From: Candidatus Cloacimonadota bacterium
GTDB lineage: Bacteria; Cloacimonadota; Cloacimonadia; G963667145
DNA length: 64,000 nt
Reading direction: 5' to 3'
Assembly: GCA_963667255.1 (NCBI GenBank)
Contig: OY762940.1
Span: 512,001 to 576,000 of the forward strand
A program made the translations under genes and the position numbers. Under the pieces are notes generated by a model. The model made no database searches and was not told the origin of the DNA. It saw only the letters and a program-made list of their open reading frames with translations. Below are positions 46,841-55,384 of the stretch, in pieces; the first letter of the stretch is position 1, and every line of letters starts with the position of its first letter.

Positions 46841-46873
46841 TCTTTGACAAGAGAAAATTTATAATAAGAAAAT

Positions 46874-46908
46874 AGGGAACAACAATTTACTTGCTGTTCC
46901 CTTTATTT
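46874..46908. terminator. Probable bidirectional terminator between the convergent giant gene and PHP gene
   Basis: AGGGAACA-a-CAA-tttac-TTG-c-TGTTCCCT hairpin with A-rich left and T-rich right flanks. Confidence 0.7.
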
Positions 46909-46966
46909 ATGCTGAAAATAGTTATCCAATCAGTTGGTTAGGATAGTCGTGAGAAGCCCAAACAGA

Positions 46967-47779
46967 TTATATTTCGGGCAAAAAAACTTTGCTGACCTTG
47001 GTGCAGTGATAGTCTCCGAAATTCTTGTTTTTGGTCGGCCAATGGAAGTCGCTACCGCCTGTCACGAACAAGTCGTGTTCTCGGGCAATCTCCAGATAGT
47101 TGCTTACCTGATTTTTGCTGTGAGAGGTGTAGTAAGCCTCCAGTCCCTCTATGCCCATATCTATCAAGTCGTAAATATTCCGTTCGTGATTTAGACGAAA
47201 CGGATGAGCCAACACGGAAATTCCGCCTGATGCTTTGATAGCTTTTATCACTTTTTGCGGAGAGAGTGCTCTTTTGGGAGTGAAGGTCGGCGACTCTTCC
47301 ACCAGATATTTATTGAAAGCCTCCGCATAGGAGTTGGCGTAACTGGCTTTGACCAAGGCGTTTGCCAAATGTGGTCTGCCGAGAATGTGCGTTTTCTCCG
47401 TTTTGATGTCGTCCAGAGTGAGGAAAACATCGTATTCGGCGAGTTTCTCTATGAACCGTGATATTCTGTCTTCCCTCTCTTGCAGATTATACTCTATCAC
47501 ATCCAAAAGGGCTTTGTGCGTCGGGTCAAAATTGTAAGCCAAAATGTGAACATCAAGCCCTTCGTGAAAACAGCTGATTTCTATCCCCGGGATGAGCTTG
47601 CATCTGTAATCGGAGGCAATCTCTTTTCCATGCAGATAGCCGTCAATATTGTCGTGATCGGCAAAAGCGATGACATCGAGCTTTTTGCTGTCCGCCATAT
47701 GCAAAATCTCCTCCGGCGAGTAAATCCCATCGGAGAAGTTGGTGTGAATATGTAAATCTACCTTTAGAGGTTGTAACAT
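46967..47779 (-). CDS. PHP domain-containing phosphoesterase (TrpH/YciV-like)
   Basis: DLHIHTNFSDG, ADHD, GIEIS, GRPHLA, LAHP and TGGSDFH motifs. Start placed at ATG 47779 (TGATG overlap with the dapA stop) rather than 47887. Confidence 0.88.
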   Translation of the reverse strand: MLQPLKVDLHIHTNFSDGIYSPEEILHMADSKKLDVIAFADHDNIDGYLHGKEIASDYRCKLIPGIEISCFHEGLDVHILAYNFDPTHKALLDVIEYNLQEREDRISRFIEKLAEYDVFLTLDDIKTEKTHILGRPHLANALVKASYANSYAEAFNKYLVEESPTFTPKRALSPQKVIKAIKASGGISVLAHPFRLNHERNIYDLIDMGIEGLEAYYTSHSKNQVSNYLEIAREHDLFVTGGSDFHWPTKNKNFGDYHCTKVSKVFLPEI

Positions 47780-48663
47780 CAAATTAGCTTGTATCTTTTT
47801 AGAACTTGTTTCAAATTGTTGCTTTGCTCGTCGGACAGCGGCCACATCGGTAAACGATACTCCCTCTTTATCATGCCCATTTGCCACAGAGCGTCTTTCA
47901 CAGGGATAGGATTTGTTACCATAAACATAGCCGAGTTGAGGTCGGACAGATATTGGTTAGCTTTCACAGCGTCTTGTTGATGCCCCTCTTGCCAGTTTCG
48001 CACCATATCACTGATAGCTTTCGGTGCGATATTGGATGTAACGGAAATCACGCCTGTGCCAGATGCCGCCATGATGGGAATAGTAACATCGTCATCTCCA
48101 GAGAGCAAGATGAAATCGTCGGGAGCATCTTTCAGGATTTTGGTTACTTGCACCAAATTCCCCGTTGCCTCTTTGATGCCCACTATCCTATCGAAGTCGT
48201 TAGCCAATCTCGCAGTGGTAGCCGCTTCCATATTCATTCCCGTGCGCGACGGCACATTGTAGATGACTATAGGGATGTCGGTGTTTTCCACTACGGCTTT
48301 GAAAAATTGATACAAACCTTCCTGAGTTGTCCTGTTGTAATACGGAGTGATGACCAAAGCGAAATCCGCACCGAGTGCCTTGACCTTGTTGGTAGCTTTT
48401 ATCGATTTATCGACATTGTTGGTGCCAGAGCCGACCATCACGGGGACTCGTCCGTTGATTTTTTTTATTCCGAATTTGATAACCTCTTCTTTCTCCTCAT
48501 CAGTCATAGCCGGAGCTTCGCCAGTTGTGCCCAATATCAATAGTCCATTCACACCGTTATCGATTTGATAATCAATAAGATTTGCAAATGCGTCAAAATC
48601 AACACTCTTATCCTCATTAAATGGGGTAATAAGAGCAGTCCAAGTTCCTTGTAATCTTTCCAT
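47779..48663 (-). CDS. dapA: 4-hydroxy-tetrahydrodipicolinate synthase
   Basis: TALITPF, GTTGE, TPYYN, YNVPSRTG, GIKEA (Schiff-base Lys), LSGDD and NPIPVK motifs. Confidence 0.93.
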   Translation of the reverse strand: MERLQGTWTALITPFNEDKSVDFDAFANLIDYQIDNGVNGLLILGTTGEAPAMTDEEKEEVIKFGIKKINGRVPVMVGSGTNNVDKSIKATNKVKALGADFALVITPYYNRTTQEGLYQFFKAVVENTDIPIVIYNVPSRTGMNMEAATTARLANDFDRIVGIKEATGNLVQVTKILKDAPDDFILLSGDDDVTIPIMAASGTGVISVTSNIAPKAISDMVRNWQEGHQQDAVKANQYLSDLNSAMFMVTNPIPVKDALWQMGMIKREYRLPMWPLSDEQSNNLKQVLKRYKLI

Positions 48664-48690
48664 TATATCTCCGTAAAATTATTGTAGCTA

Positions 48691-49875
48691 TTAATAATAG
48701 TCTCCATAGCCGCTGGAAGAGCTTTTTTGTTCGTTGTTTTCAGTCTGTTCAGCTTGCTCTTCTGTGCTTTCTTCGGCAGGAGTCTCAGTTATCTCTTCTT
48801 GATAAGTTTCCTCTTGTTTCTGTTCAGTCTCGCTTGAGCTTTCTCCATAAGGATTTTCGGTTGCTTCTGCTGCCTCAGCTTGAGGATTTTCGGTTGCTTC
48901 TGCTGCCTCAGCTTGAGGATTTTCGGTTGCTTCTGCTACCTCAGCTTGAGGAGTATAGGTTTGCTCCAATTCTGACTCAGCGGGAATTTCTTCGGTTACA
49001 TTTTCGTTATCTATCGGAGTTGTCTCTGCTTCCAAATCCTCAATCTCATCTTGATACTCATCAATATTTGTCTCATTAGCTATATCTGTCGCAACCGGTT
49101 TTTTCTTTTTTTTCTTTTTCTTCTTTCCTGTCAATTTGGACAGTTGACTGAGATTAGCCAGTTGGCTGAGTTCGGAGAGTTTGCTCAAATCTTTCAGTTG
49201 CAAGAGGTCATACATTTTGTGCATCTCCAAGACAGAGCTCAACTTTTGTAACTCTTGTAATTTTGTGAGTTCTTTCAGCCGAGAAAGCTCTTGCAACTGC
49301 GAAAGTTGTGCCAATTGTGCCAAGTCTTCCGGCAACTCCAACTCATCATCTTCGTCATCTTCCTCATCATCCTCTTCTTCAGCGGCGGCTTCGGCTCTCA
49401 GTCTTGCTTCGGCTTCTGCTTTCAGTTTCAACTCCAAAAGCTCTTTTTTCTTTCTATTTTTTTCTTCTTGTTCAAGTAGTTTAGTTACTTTTTGGTCATC
49501 AATGACAATATTTGTGTCAGGCTCTTCATAATCTTTTGCAGACGCTGTTTTTACAGAGAAAAAGTATGTTCCGTGTTGCGTATAAACGATGAGATTTGTG
49601 TCGTGTTTACCTCGTTTTGGCATCAAAATCAGATGGACTTTATTCACAATTTTGATATCAATAAGACTTTTCTTCTCATCATTATTAATCACGAAATCCA
49701 AAATCTCTTCAGGCAAAGTGATGTTGGTAGAGACATTGTTCTCTACAAATACAGTAGTATTTTTTTGTGTTTTTTTTGTAAAATCGTCCTTTCTTTCTAT
49801 AGTTTCTTCAGTAATTTCTTCTTCGATAGCTTCGGAGGAATTTTCTCCAAAAATGTTTTGAGCTTCATATTCCAT
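48691..49875 (-). CDS. Hypothetical acidic low-complexity protein with a VirB9/TrbG-like N-terminal beta segment
   Basis: Strong RBS (AAGGAG). Segment LILMPKRGKHDTNLIVYTQHGTYFFSV recalls the TNL.V.T...Y.F motif of TrbG/VirB9. It is followed by a coiled coil, an Asp/Glu run, Lxx repeats, K9 and a repeat-rich acidic tail. Confidence 0.7.
   Translation of the reverse strand: MEYEAQNIFGENSSEAIEEEITEETIERKDDFTKKTQKNTTVFVENNVSTNITLPEEILDFVINNDEKKSLIDIKIVNKVHLILMPKRGKHDTNLIVYTQHGTYFFSVKTASAKDYEEPDTNIVIDDQKVTKLLEQEEKNRKKKELLELKLKAEAEARLRAEAAAEEEDDEEDDEDDELELPEDLAQLAQLSQLQELSRLKELTKLQELQKLSSVLEMHKMYDLLQLKDLSKLSELSQLANLSQLSKLTGKKKKKKKKKPVATDIANETNIDEYQDEIEDLEAETTPIDNENVTEEIPAESELEQTYTPQAEVAEATENPQAEAAEATENPQAEAAEATENPYGESSSETEQKQEETYQEEITETPAEESTEEQAEQTENNEQKSSSSGYGDYY
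48851..48949. repeat. Coding tandem repeat, 3 x 33 bp (PQAE(A/V)AEATEN)
   Basis: GGATTTTCGGTTGCTTCTGCTGCCTCAGCTTGA at 48851, 48884 and 48917 (one mismatch in the third copy). Confidence 0.95.
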
Positions 49876-49893
49876 ATTGTCTCCTTCTTTTTT

Positions 49894-50661
49894 TTAATCT
49901 TTCCAAAAAAGCAGAAAGTCAAAAAAGCCTTTTTTTTCTCTCCATGGCACACCCCTTTTTTCCAACCAAAGTTGTGCTTCAGCACTTCCCAAACGGGCTG
50001 CTTGTTGGTAGTCTTCTATTGCTTTGTTTTCAAAATCTTTTTTTTCGGCAATTTGAGCATATATTAGGTAGCCGTCTGCAGAATAGGGGGATTTTTCCAT
50101 TAACCTGTCAATAACTTCGACAGCTTCATCGTATTTTCCTTGTTTATAATAAAATCTTGCAAGGAACAGAAAATTCATCTCAACGGGTGCATTTTGTAAT
50201 TCATTTTTGTAGCAATCGAGAGCGTAATCGATCTCTTTGTGGTATTCATGGATTCTGCCTAAATAGTAATTGGCATTGACTCTACCGGGGTCGTTGTTCA
50301 AAGTTTGGATAAAATAATTTTTTGAGTTCTTATAGTCACCAATGCAATAGTAGGTGAGTCCCAATCTATAATTGATGGTATTCGGCTCTATCCACTCCAC
50401 TTTTTTATAATTTTCTAAGGCTTCGCTATATCTTTTTATTTTGAAATAGCAATCTCCCATTCCTTGGTAACCGATAACATTTCTAGGGTCTTCCTCTACA
50501 ACCTTTGTGTAACAATAGATGGCGTCTATATACCTTTCATCTGCATAAAATTGTTCAGCTTTACCAATCTCTTCCAAGACATTGAACTGTTCACCCCACA
50601 ATCCGTGAAAAAGGCACGAAAAGAGCAAAACAATCGAAAGTCTAAACCAAGTTTTGGACAT
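49894..50661 (-). CDS. Exported tetratricopeptide repeat protein
   Basis: N-terminal signal-like segment MSKTWFRLSIVLLFSCLFHGLWG and multiple TPRs (GDCYF...Y.EAL.NY.K, LG.TYY..GDY, A.YYLG.I). Start at ATG 50661 fits a GAGG RBS and overlaps the ftsY 3' end. Confidence 0.85.
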   Translation of the reverse strand: MSKTWFRLSIVLLFSCLFHGLWGEQFNVLEEIGKAEQFYADERYIDAIYCYTKVVEEDPRNVIGYQGMGDCYFKIKRYSEALENYKKVEWIEPNTINYRLGLTYYCIGDYKNSKNYFIQTLNNDPGRVNANYYLGRIHEYHKEIDYALDCYKNELQNAPVEMNFLFLARFYYKQGKYDEAVEVIDRLMEKSPYSADGYLIYAQIAEKKDFENKAIEDYQQAARLGSAEAQLWLEKRGVPWREKKGFFDFLLFWKD

Positions 50662-51607
50662 ACTCATCAACCTCAAAAAATTTTAAATTTTCTTTTTTTT
50701 CTCCCAAGCCCATCAGCTTAACGGGAATATTGTATTTTCTTTGGATTCCGAAGACTACACCGCCTTTCGCACTGCCGTCAAGTTTGGTGATAGCCACTCC
50801 GCTGAGGGAACAAATTTTGTTGAACTCTTCCAGTTGAATCAGACTATTTTGACCCAAGCAACCATCCAAAACAACTATGGTTTCGTCAATTCCGTTTGGC
50901 AAGAGTTTTTTTGCTATTTTGCTGATTTTTTCCAGTTGTGCCATCAGGTTGGAATTGTTGTGCAATCTGCCGGCGGTATCTATGAGCAAAATGTCGTATT
51001 TTAGCTTTATCGCCTGCTCGACACCCCTATAAACCACAGCGGCAGGGTCTTCGTTCATTTTGGCATCAATGAAATGGCAGTTCGCAGTTTCGCTCCAAAT
51101 CTTCAATTGGTCGATAGCTCCGGCACGAAATGTATCCGCAGGCACGAGACAAACCGATTTTCCTTGTTGTCGCAAATTCCAAGCCAATTTGCCGATGGTG
51201 GATGTCTTGCCGACACCGTTCACGCCGACAAACATCAAGGTAGTCGGAGAGTTGGCGAAGTTAAATTTGCTCTGTTCTTTGTCGTAATCTTGGTGCAAAA
51301 TATCTGCGAGAATTTCCTTGAGAGCGTCTGAATCGATTTTGCTTCTGCTTTTTATCTCACTCAGTATCTGAGAGCAACTATCCAAGTCGATATCTGCTTG
51401 AATTAGTTTTTCTTCCACTTTGGACAAAATTTCTTGCGTGATGTCTGTGTTGAATATTGAAGAGAAAGAGTGGAAAAGTTTTGGTTTGAGGGATTTTTCC
51501 GTGACCAGTGAAGAGGCGGCTTTGTTCTTTTTCTTGAAACCCAAAAATAAAACAAAAAAAAGGCACAGCAATATAGCTGCACCTATTATCAGGTATGATA
51601 AATTCAT
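50642..51607 (-). CDS. ftsY: Signal recognition particle receptor FtsY
   Basis: GVNGVGKTSTIGKLA, DTFRAGA, DTAGRLH, TKLDGSAKGG motifs; hydrophobic N-terminal helix. Confidence 0.95.
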   Translation of the reverse strand: MNLSYLIIGAAILLCLFFVLFLGFKKKNKAASSLVTEKSLKPKLFHSFSSIFNTDITQEILSKVEEKLIQADIDLDSCSQILSEIKSRSKIDSDALKEILADILHQDYDKEQSKFNFANSPTTLMFVGVNGVGKTSTIGKLAWNLRQQGKSVCLVPADTFRAGAIDQLKIWSETANCHFIDAKMNEDPAAVVYRGVEQAIKLKYDILLIDTAGRLHNNSNLMAQLEKISKIAKKLLPNGIDETIVVLDGCLGQNSLIQLEEFNKICSLSGVAITKLDGSAKGGVVFGIQRKYNIPVKLMGLGEKKENLKFFEVDEYVQNLV

Positions 51608-51614
51608 AAACTAA

Positions 51615-51878
51615 TTATTCAGCAAATTTCTTGTTGATAAATTCTTGCAATCTGCTTTTTCTACGAGCGGCAGTTCTTTTGTGAATAACACTAGTTTTGG
51701 CAGCCTTGTCCAATTTGGAAAAAACCTCTCTCAAAATAGCCAAGCATTGTTCTTTGTCAAGGTTACCTTTTGTAATCTTCTTGGACAAGGTGGAAATAGT
51801 CGCTTTCACGAAGTGGTTTCGAGCATTTCTTCTCTTGTCTTGTTTCAGTCTCTTTTCGCACGATTTATGTTCAGGCAT
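51615..51878 (-). CDS. rpsT: 30S ribosomal protein S20
   Basis: MPEHKSCEKRLKQ...RN...K, LDKAAK..VIHK..AARRKSRL; GGAG RBS. Confidence 0.95.
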   Translation of the reverse strand: MPEHKSCEKRLKQDKRRNARNHFVKATISTLSKKITKGNLDKEQCLAILREVFSKLDKAAKTSVIHKRTAARRKSRLQEFINKKFAE

Positions 51879-51899
51879 TTTTCACTCCTAAAAAGTTTA

Positions 51900-52030
51900 T
51901 AATTATTAGTGTTTAAAAAAAATAGGCATAAAAAGTGTCAAGAGAAAAACTCTTGATATTAAAAAAAGTGATTTTCAAGTTTCAATAAAACTATTTTAGT
52001 TGACAGAGAGAGTGTCTGCCAAAGAGTTTG
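51900..52030. promoter_or_regulatory. Divergent promoter region (rpsT cluster / hypothetical-apt-purH)
   Basis: AT-rich gap with perfect TTGACA on the minus strand (51936-51941) and plus strand (52000-52005); -10 elements are not clearly recognisable. Confidence 0.4.
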
Positions 52031-52033
52031 AGT

Positions 52034-52357
52034 ATGAAAAGATTTGTAAAGACATATCATTTTGACGAAGATTTCTATTTGGATGAGCTGGATAGCCTGA
52101 CTGAGCATAATGTAAAGAGGGAATACGAGAAGACGGGCGAAGTGGAGGTTGGCGTTTCCAGCGCTTATCAGATGATGCTTGTCAGGAGAAAGCAAGAGGA
52201 AGATTCTAAGAAGATAGATGAGCTGGAGCATGCTGTAAAGTTCTTGAAGCGAAAACTGACTATCTCCTTGTTTGTTAATCTGCTCTGCTTTTTGTTTCTG
52301 TTCGTTGTCTTCATTTTGAGCGTTCAAAAGATTTTGACAGTGATTTCTGCGTTGTAA
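52034..52357 (+). CDS. Hypothetical small protein with a C-terminal transmembrane helix
   Basis: 107-aa ORF from ATG 52034 filling the gap before apt; charged N-part, hydrophobic LTISLFVNLLCFLFLFVVFILSV. Confidence 0.65.
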   Translation: MKRFVKTYHFDEDFYLDELDSLTEHNVKREYEKTGEVEVGVSSAYQMMLVRRKQEEDSKKIDELEHAVKFLKRKLTISLFVNLLCFLFLFVVFILSVQKILTVISAL

Positions 52358-52385
52358 TTCAGTTTCCTTTCTAAGGAGAGACAAA

Positions 52386-52895
52386 ATGAGTTGGATTAAA
52401 GAGTTTATAGCGGATATTCCCGATTTCCCCGAAAAAGGTGTCATATTCAAGGATATTACGCCTCTTCTGAGTAGTGAGAATTTTGCTAAATCCGCCAAAG
52501 AGATGATAGAGAACAGTGGTGTGGATTGGGATGAGATAGAGGCTGTCGCCGGCATAGAGTCCAGAGGATTTGTGTTTGCCAGTGCGATGAGTGCCATCTT
52601 GGGCAAGGGTTTGGTGCTTATCCGCAAAAAGGGGAAATTGCCTCCGCCATTTTTGGCTAAACTCTCCACGAACGAATATGCGAGAGAGGTGTTGGAGGTG
52701 AAGCCGGGGAACAAGAAAATCTTGATTGTTGACGATGTGCTGGCTACGGGTGGCACTCTGCAAACGGCGTATGAGCTTTGCCAAGAAGCAGGTTACGAGG
52801 TCAAGGGTTTCAGTGTTCTCGTGGATTTGCCGTTTTTGCACGAAAGGGATTTTAGGGTAGCCGGAATGAAAGTGAAAAGTTTGGTGGTTTACTGA
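52386..52895 (+). CDS. apt: Adenine phosphoribosyltransferase
   Basis: IPDFPEKGVIFKDITPLL, GIESRGF, IRKKGKLP, PRPP-binding IVDDVLATGGT; AAGGAG RBS. Confidence 0.95.
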   Translation: MSWIKEFIADIPDFPEKGVIFKDITPLLSSENFAKSAKEMIENSGVDWDEIEAVAGIESRGFVFASAMSAILGKGLVLIRKKGKLPPPFLAKLSTNEYAREVLEVKPGNKKILIVDDVLATGGTLQTAYELCQEAGYEVKGFSVLVDLPFLHERDFRVAGMKVKSLVVY

Positions 52896-54424
52896 TGAAT
52901 ATGATAAAAATCAAAAGAGCCCTTTTGTCTGTTACGGATAAAGAGGGCTTGTCTTTATTAGCCAAGGAGTTGTGCAAAGCGGGTGTAGAGCTAATCGCCA
53001 GTGACGGCACGGGGAGATTTTTGCAAAGCGAGGGGATTCCGTTCACGCCTCTCTCCGAAGTGACTGGATACAATCAGGCTTTTGACGGCAGATGCAAGAG
53101 TTTGTCTGTGCAGATTATGGGCAGTCTGCTGTTTGACCGAGAGAAGCATAGTGAGGAAGCCGAAGAGCTGGGGGTTGTCCCTATCGATTTGGTTGTGTGT
53201 AACTTATACGATTTTTACTCTGTGTGGCGAGGTGAAGCGGATGTGGAGAAATTGGTGGAGCAAATCGACATCGGAGGAGTCGCTCTCCTGCGGGCATCGG
53301 CGAAAAATCACAGATTTGTGGTGTCGCTGAGCACCGTTGCCGATTACGGCACTTTTGTGCGTGAACTCGAAGAAAATCAAGGACATATCAGCGTGGAGAC
53401 CTCCAAGCGATTGGCGATAAAATCTTTTGTGAAATGCAGTGAATACGACAGAATGATTGCTTTGGGATTGAGCGGAAGCACGCTTCGTTACGGGGAAAAT
53501 CCGCATCAAAGTGCGTGGAACTATCCTGTGGAAGATTTTGCTTTTGCGGGACTTCGGCAGTTACAGGGCAAGAGTTTGTCTTACAACAACTTCTTGGATA
53601 TCAAAGCTGGCTTGGACTGTGCAAGAGAGCAATCGTTGCCTGCTTGTGTTATCATCAAACATGGTAATCCGTGTGGTGTCGCCATCGGAGAGAGCGGAGA
53701 AAACTTGTTGTCTTTGGCTTGGGCTGGAGATTCCGTGTCGGCGTTTGGCTCTGTCGTTGTGTTCTCTTATGCGGTAACTCGGCAAGATTTGTCGTTTATG
53801 TGTTTGGAAGAGAAAGCGAAAACCAAATTTGTGGAGGCTGTGATAGCACCCGAATTTAGCTCGGACGCTCTGGAGTATCTCGGGCAGAAGAAGAAATTGG
53901 CTGTGTGTAGCTATGATAGAGGGGCGAAATTCGCCGATGTTTCGTTTAAGCAACTCGACTCTATGCTGATTGCTCAAGAGGTGGATGTCGCAGGGCAAGA
54001 AGATTTGCAGGTCATCGTCGGAGATGAGAGCGGATTGGACAAGGAGTTGGCTCTTTTTGGGACAAGGGTCGTTAAGGCGTTGCTCTCCAATGCTGTTACG
54101 ATAGTCTATCGAGATGGCGAAGATTGTCTTCGGCAAATTTCCATGGGTTGCGGTCAGCCGAACAGATTGGATGCGATTTATTTGGCTGTGCAAAAGCTGA
54201 AGCGGGCGATAGAAGCCGGCAATTTTACAGGGAAGCCGAGCGATTGCTATTTGGTTTCCGATGCGTTTTTGCCCTTTGCGGACAATGTGGAAGCGATAGC
54301 GGGAATCGGGATAAAGACGATTGTGCAGCCCGGCGGCTCGATTCGCGACCATCAGGTCATAGAGGCGTGCGAAAAACTAAGCGTGCGAATGGTTTTCACG
54401 GGTGTCAGGCATTTCAGACATTGA
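52895..54424 (+). CDS. purH: Bifunctional AICAR transformylase/IMP cyclohydrolase
   Basis: IKRALLSVTDK, IDLVVCNLY, EQIDIGG, LRYGENPHQ, LSYNN..D, KHGNPCGVA, SDAFLPF.D, QPGGSIRD, FTGVRHFRH. Confidence 0.95.
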   Translation: MNMIKIKRALLSVTDKEGLSLLAKELCKAGVELIASDGTGRFLQSEGIPFTPLSEVTGYNQAFDGRCKSLSVQIMGSLLFDREKHSEEAEELGVVPIDLVVCNLYDFYSVWRGEADVEKLVEQIDIGGVALLRASAKNHRFVVSLSTVADYGTFVRELEENQGHISVETSKRLAIKSFVKCSEYDRMIALGLSGSTLRYGENPHQSAWNYPVEDFAFAGLRQLQGKSLSYNNFLDIKAGLDCAREQSLPACVIIKHGNPCGVAIGESGENLLSLAWAGDSVSAFGSVVVFSYAVTRQDLSFMCLEEKAKTKFVEAVIAPEFSSDALEYLGQKKKLAVCSYDRGAKFADVSFKQLDSMLIAQEVDVAGQEDLQVIVGDESGLDKELALFGTRVVKALLSNAVTIVYRDGEDCLRQISMGCGQPNRLDAIYLAVQKLKRAIEAGNFTGKPSDCYLVSDAFLPFADNVEAIAGIGIKTIVQPGGSIRDHQVIEACEKLSVRMVFTGVRHFRH

Positions 54425-55070
54425 CCAAGAGGACGGCGACAAAGGCGATGGCGTTGTTCAGTGCGTGGTAGGTGCAACTGTAGGCGAACCCCAGCTTTAT
54501 CCTCACGAAACTGAGCACAATGCCCAAGAATAAGAACGGGAAGATTGCCAAAGCGAAATTCAGCGGGCTGGCGATATCTCCATAGTTCATATGCAATAAG
54601 GCGAAGCAAAGGCTGAAGATGACGGCTATCTTCGTTGGCTTTTCCCAAAAATTTTCCAAAGACTTCAAGTAGAAGAGGTTTCTCCCCAAGTGCATCAAAA
54701 TGAGCCAGATGCAAACTATCCAAAATGTTTTTAGCCAGAGAAATAAGGTGTTTTCCGCTTGAAGTCGGAAGAGAAATTCGCTACTGACGAAAGCCACAAA
54801 GCAAAAAATGCTTAACGGCAGATATTGCAGTTTGTTGAGGCTGAGACGGAAAATGGCTTCCTCCACGATAGGTGCTGTGATGCAGAAGTAGAAGAACAGG
54901 GAGAAAATCAGAAAGCTACTTCCTGAGTCTTTTGCGGTCATGATTAGCTCACAGAGGGCTTTTTGGTTTGGTAGGCAGTTGCTCGGATAGTGATGCAAAA
55001 GCAGTTGCAAGGCTGTTTGGGTAAACAGGAAGGTTGCCATAAACAGCAGAATTCTTCTTGGAAATTTCAT
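54414..55070 (-). CDS. CPBP (CAAX/Abi) family intramembrane glutamic endopeptidase
   Basis: APIVEEAIFR (EExxxR), FALLH (FxxxH) and HALNN (HxxxN) motifs; multiple TM helices. Start placed at ATG 55070 because the longer ORF start (55163) lies inside a hairpin. Confidence 0.85.
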   Translation of the reverse strand: MKFPRRILLFMATFLFTQTALQLLLHHYPSNCLPNQKALCELIMTAKDSGSSFLIFSLFFYFCITAPIVEEAIFRLSLNKLQYLPLSIFCFVAFVSSEFLFRLQAENTLFLWLKTFWIVCIWLILMHLGRNLFYLKSLENFWEKPTKIAVIFSLCFALLHMNYGDIASPLNFALAIFPFLFLGIVLSFVRIKLGFAYSCTYHALNNAIAFVAVLLVNV

Positions 55071-55139
55071 GATGGTTTTTATTAGGCGATAGGAGATTTG
55101 GTCAAGCACAAAATAACTGATAAGTGACAAGGGATTGAT

Positions 55140-55178
55140 AAAATAGACGATTGCGAAACGCATTCGTCTATTTTTTTT
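55140..55178 (+). terminator. Intrinsic terminator hairpin oriented for + strand transcripts
   Basis: AAAATAGACGA-t-TGCG-aaa-CGCA-t-TCGTCTATTTT, with T8 at 55171-55178. Confidence 0.7.
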
Positions 55179-55188
55179 GTTCTCCCAT

Positions 55189-55329
55189 CATTCCCACACT
55201 TCCCTGCCTCATTCCCACACCACCCTCATTCCCGCGTAGGCGGGAATCCAGAAGGGGAGTGGATTGGAACATCAGCAGTTGCTTCTTCCCTTATGCATTC
55301 CCAAGCTGGAGCTTGGGAACGAGAACAAA
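55189..55329. repeat. Second REP-like palindrome cluster, same two families as 13209-13614
   Basis: CATTCCCGCGTAGGCGGGAATCCAG (55227-55251), partial CATTCCCACAC copies (55189, 55210), and GCATTCCCAAGCTGGAGCTTGGGAACGAG (55295-55323). Confidence 0.8.
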
Positions 55330-55384
55330 AGATTTTAGAAAATACTATAGAAACACCACGGATTTTTTAGTGAGAAAACATCTT

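Noticed and set aside
12..46840. One gene split by a frameshift, an assembly duplicate, or a diversity-generating retroelement TR/VR pair
   Set aside because: Gene 1 has its own stop and terminator and gene 2 its own RBS and signal peptide. Divergence is extensive and includes synonymous changes at all bases rather than adenine-specific ones. No reverse transcriptase is present.
46800..46840. Conserved terminal NY.WEGV as a dedicated secretion signal
   Set aside because: Similar NY(A/G)W motifs end internal GLUG-type modules, so it is probably structural.
47780..47887. N-terminal extension of the PHP ORF to 47887
   Set aside because: It overlaps dapA by over 100 bp; the TGATG-coupled ATG at 47779 gives a normal PHP N-terminus.
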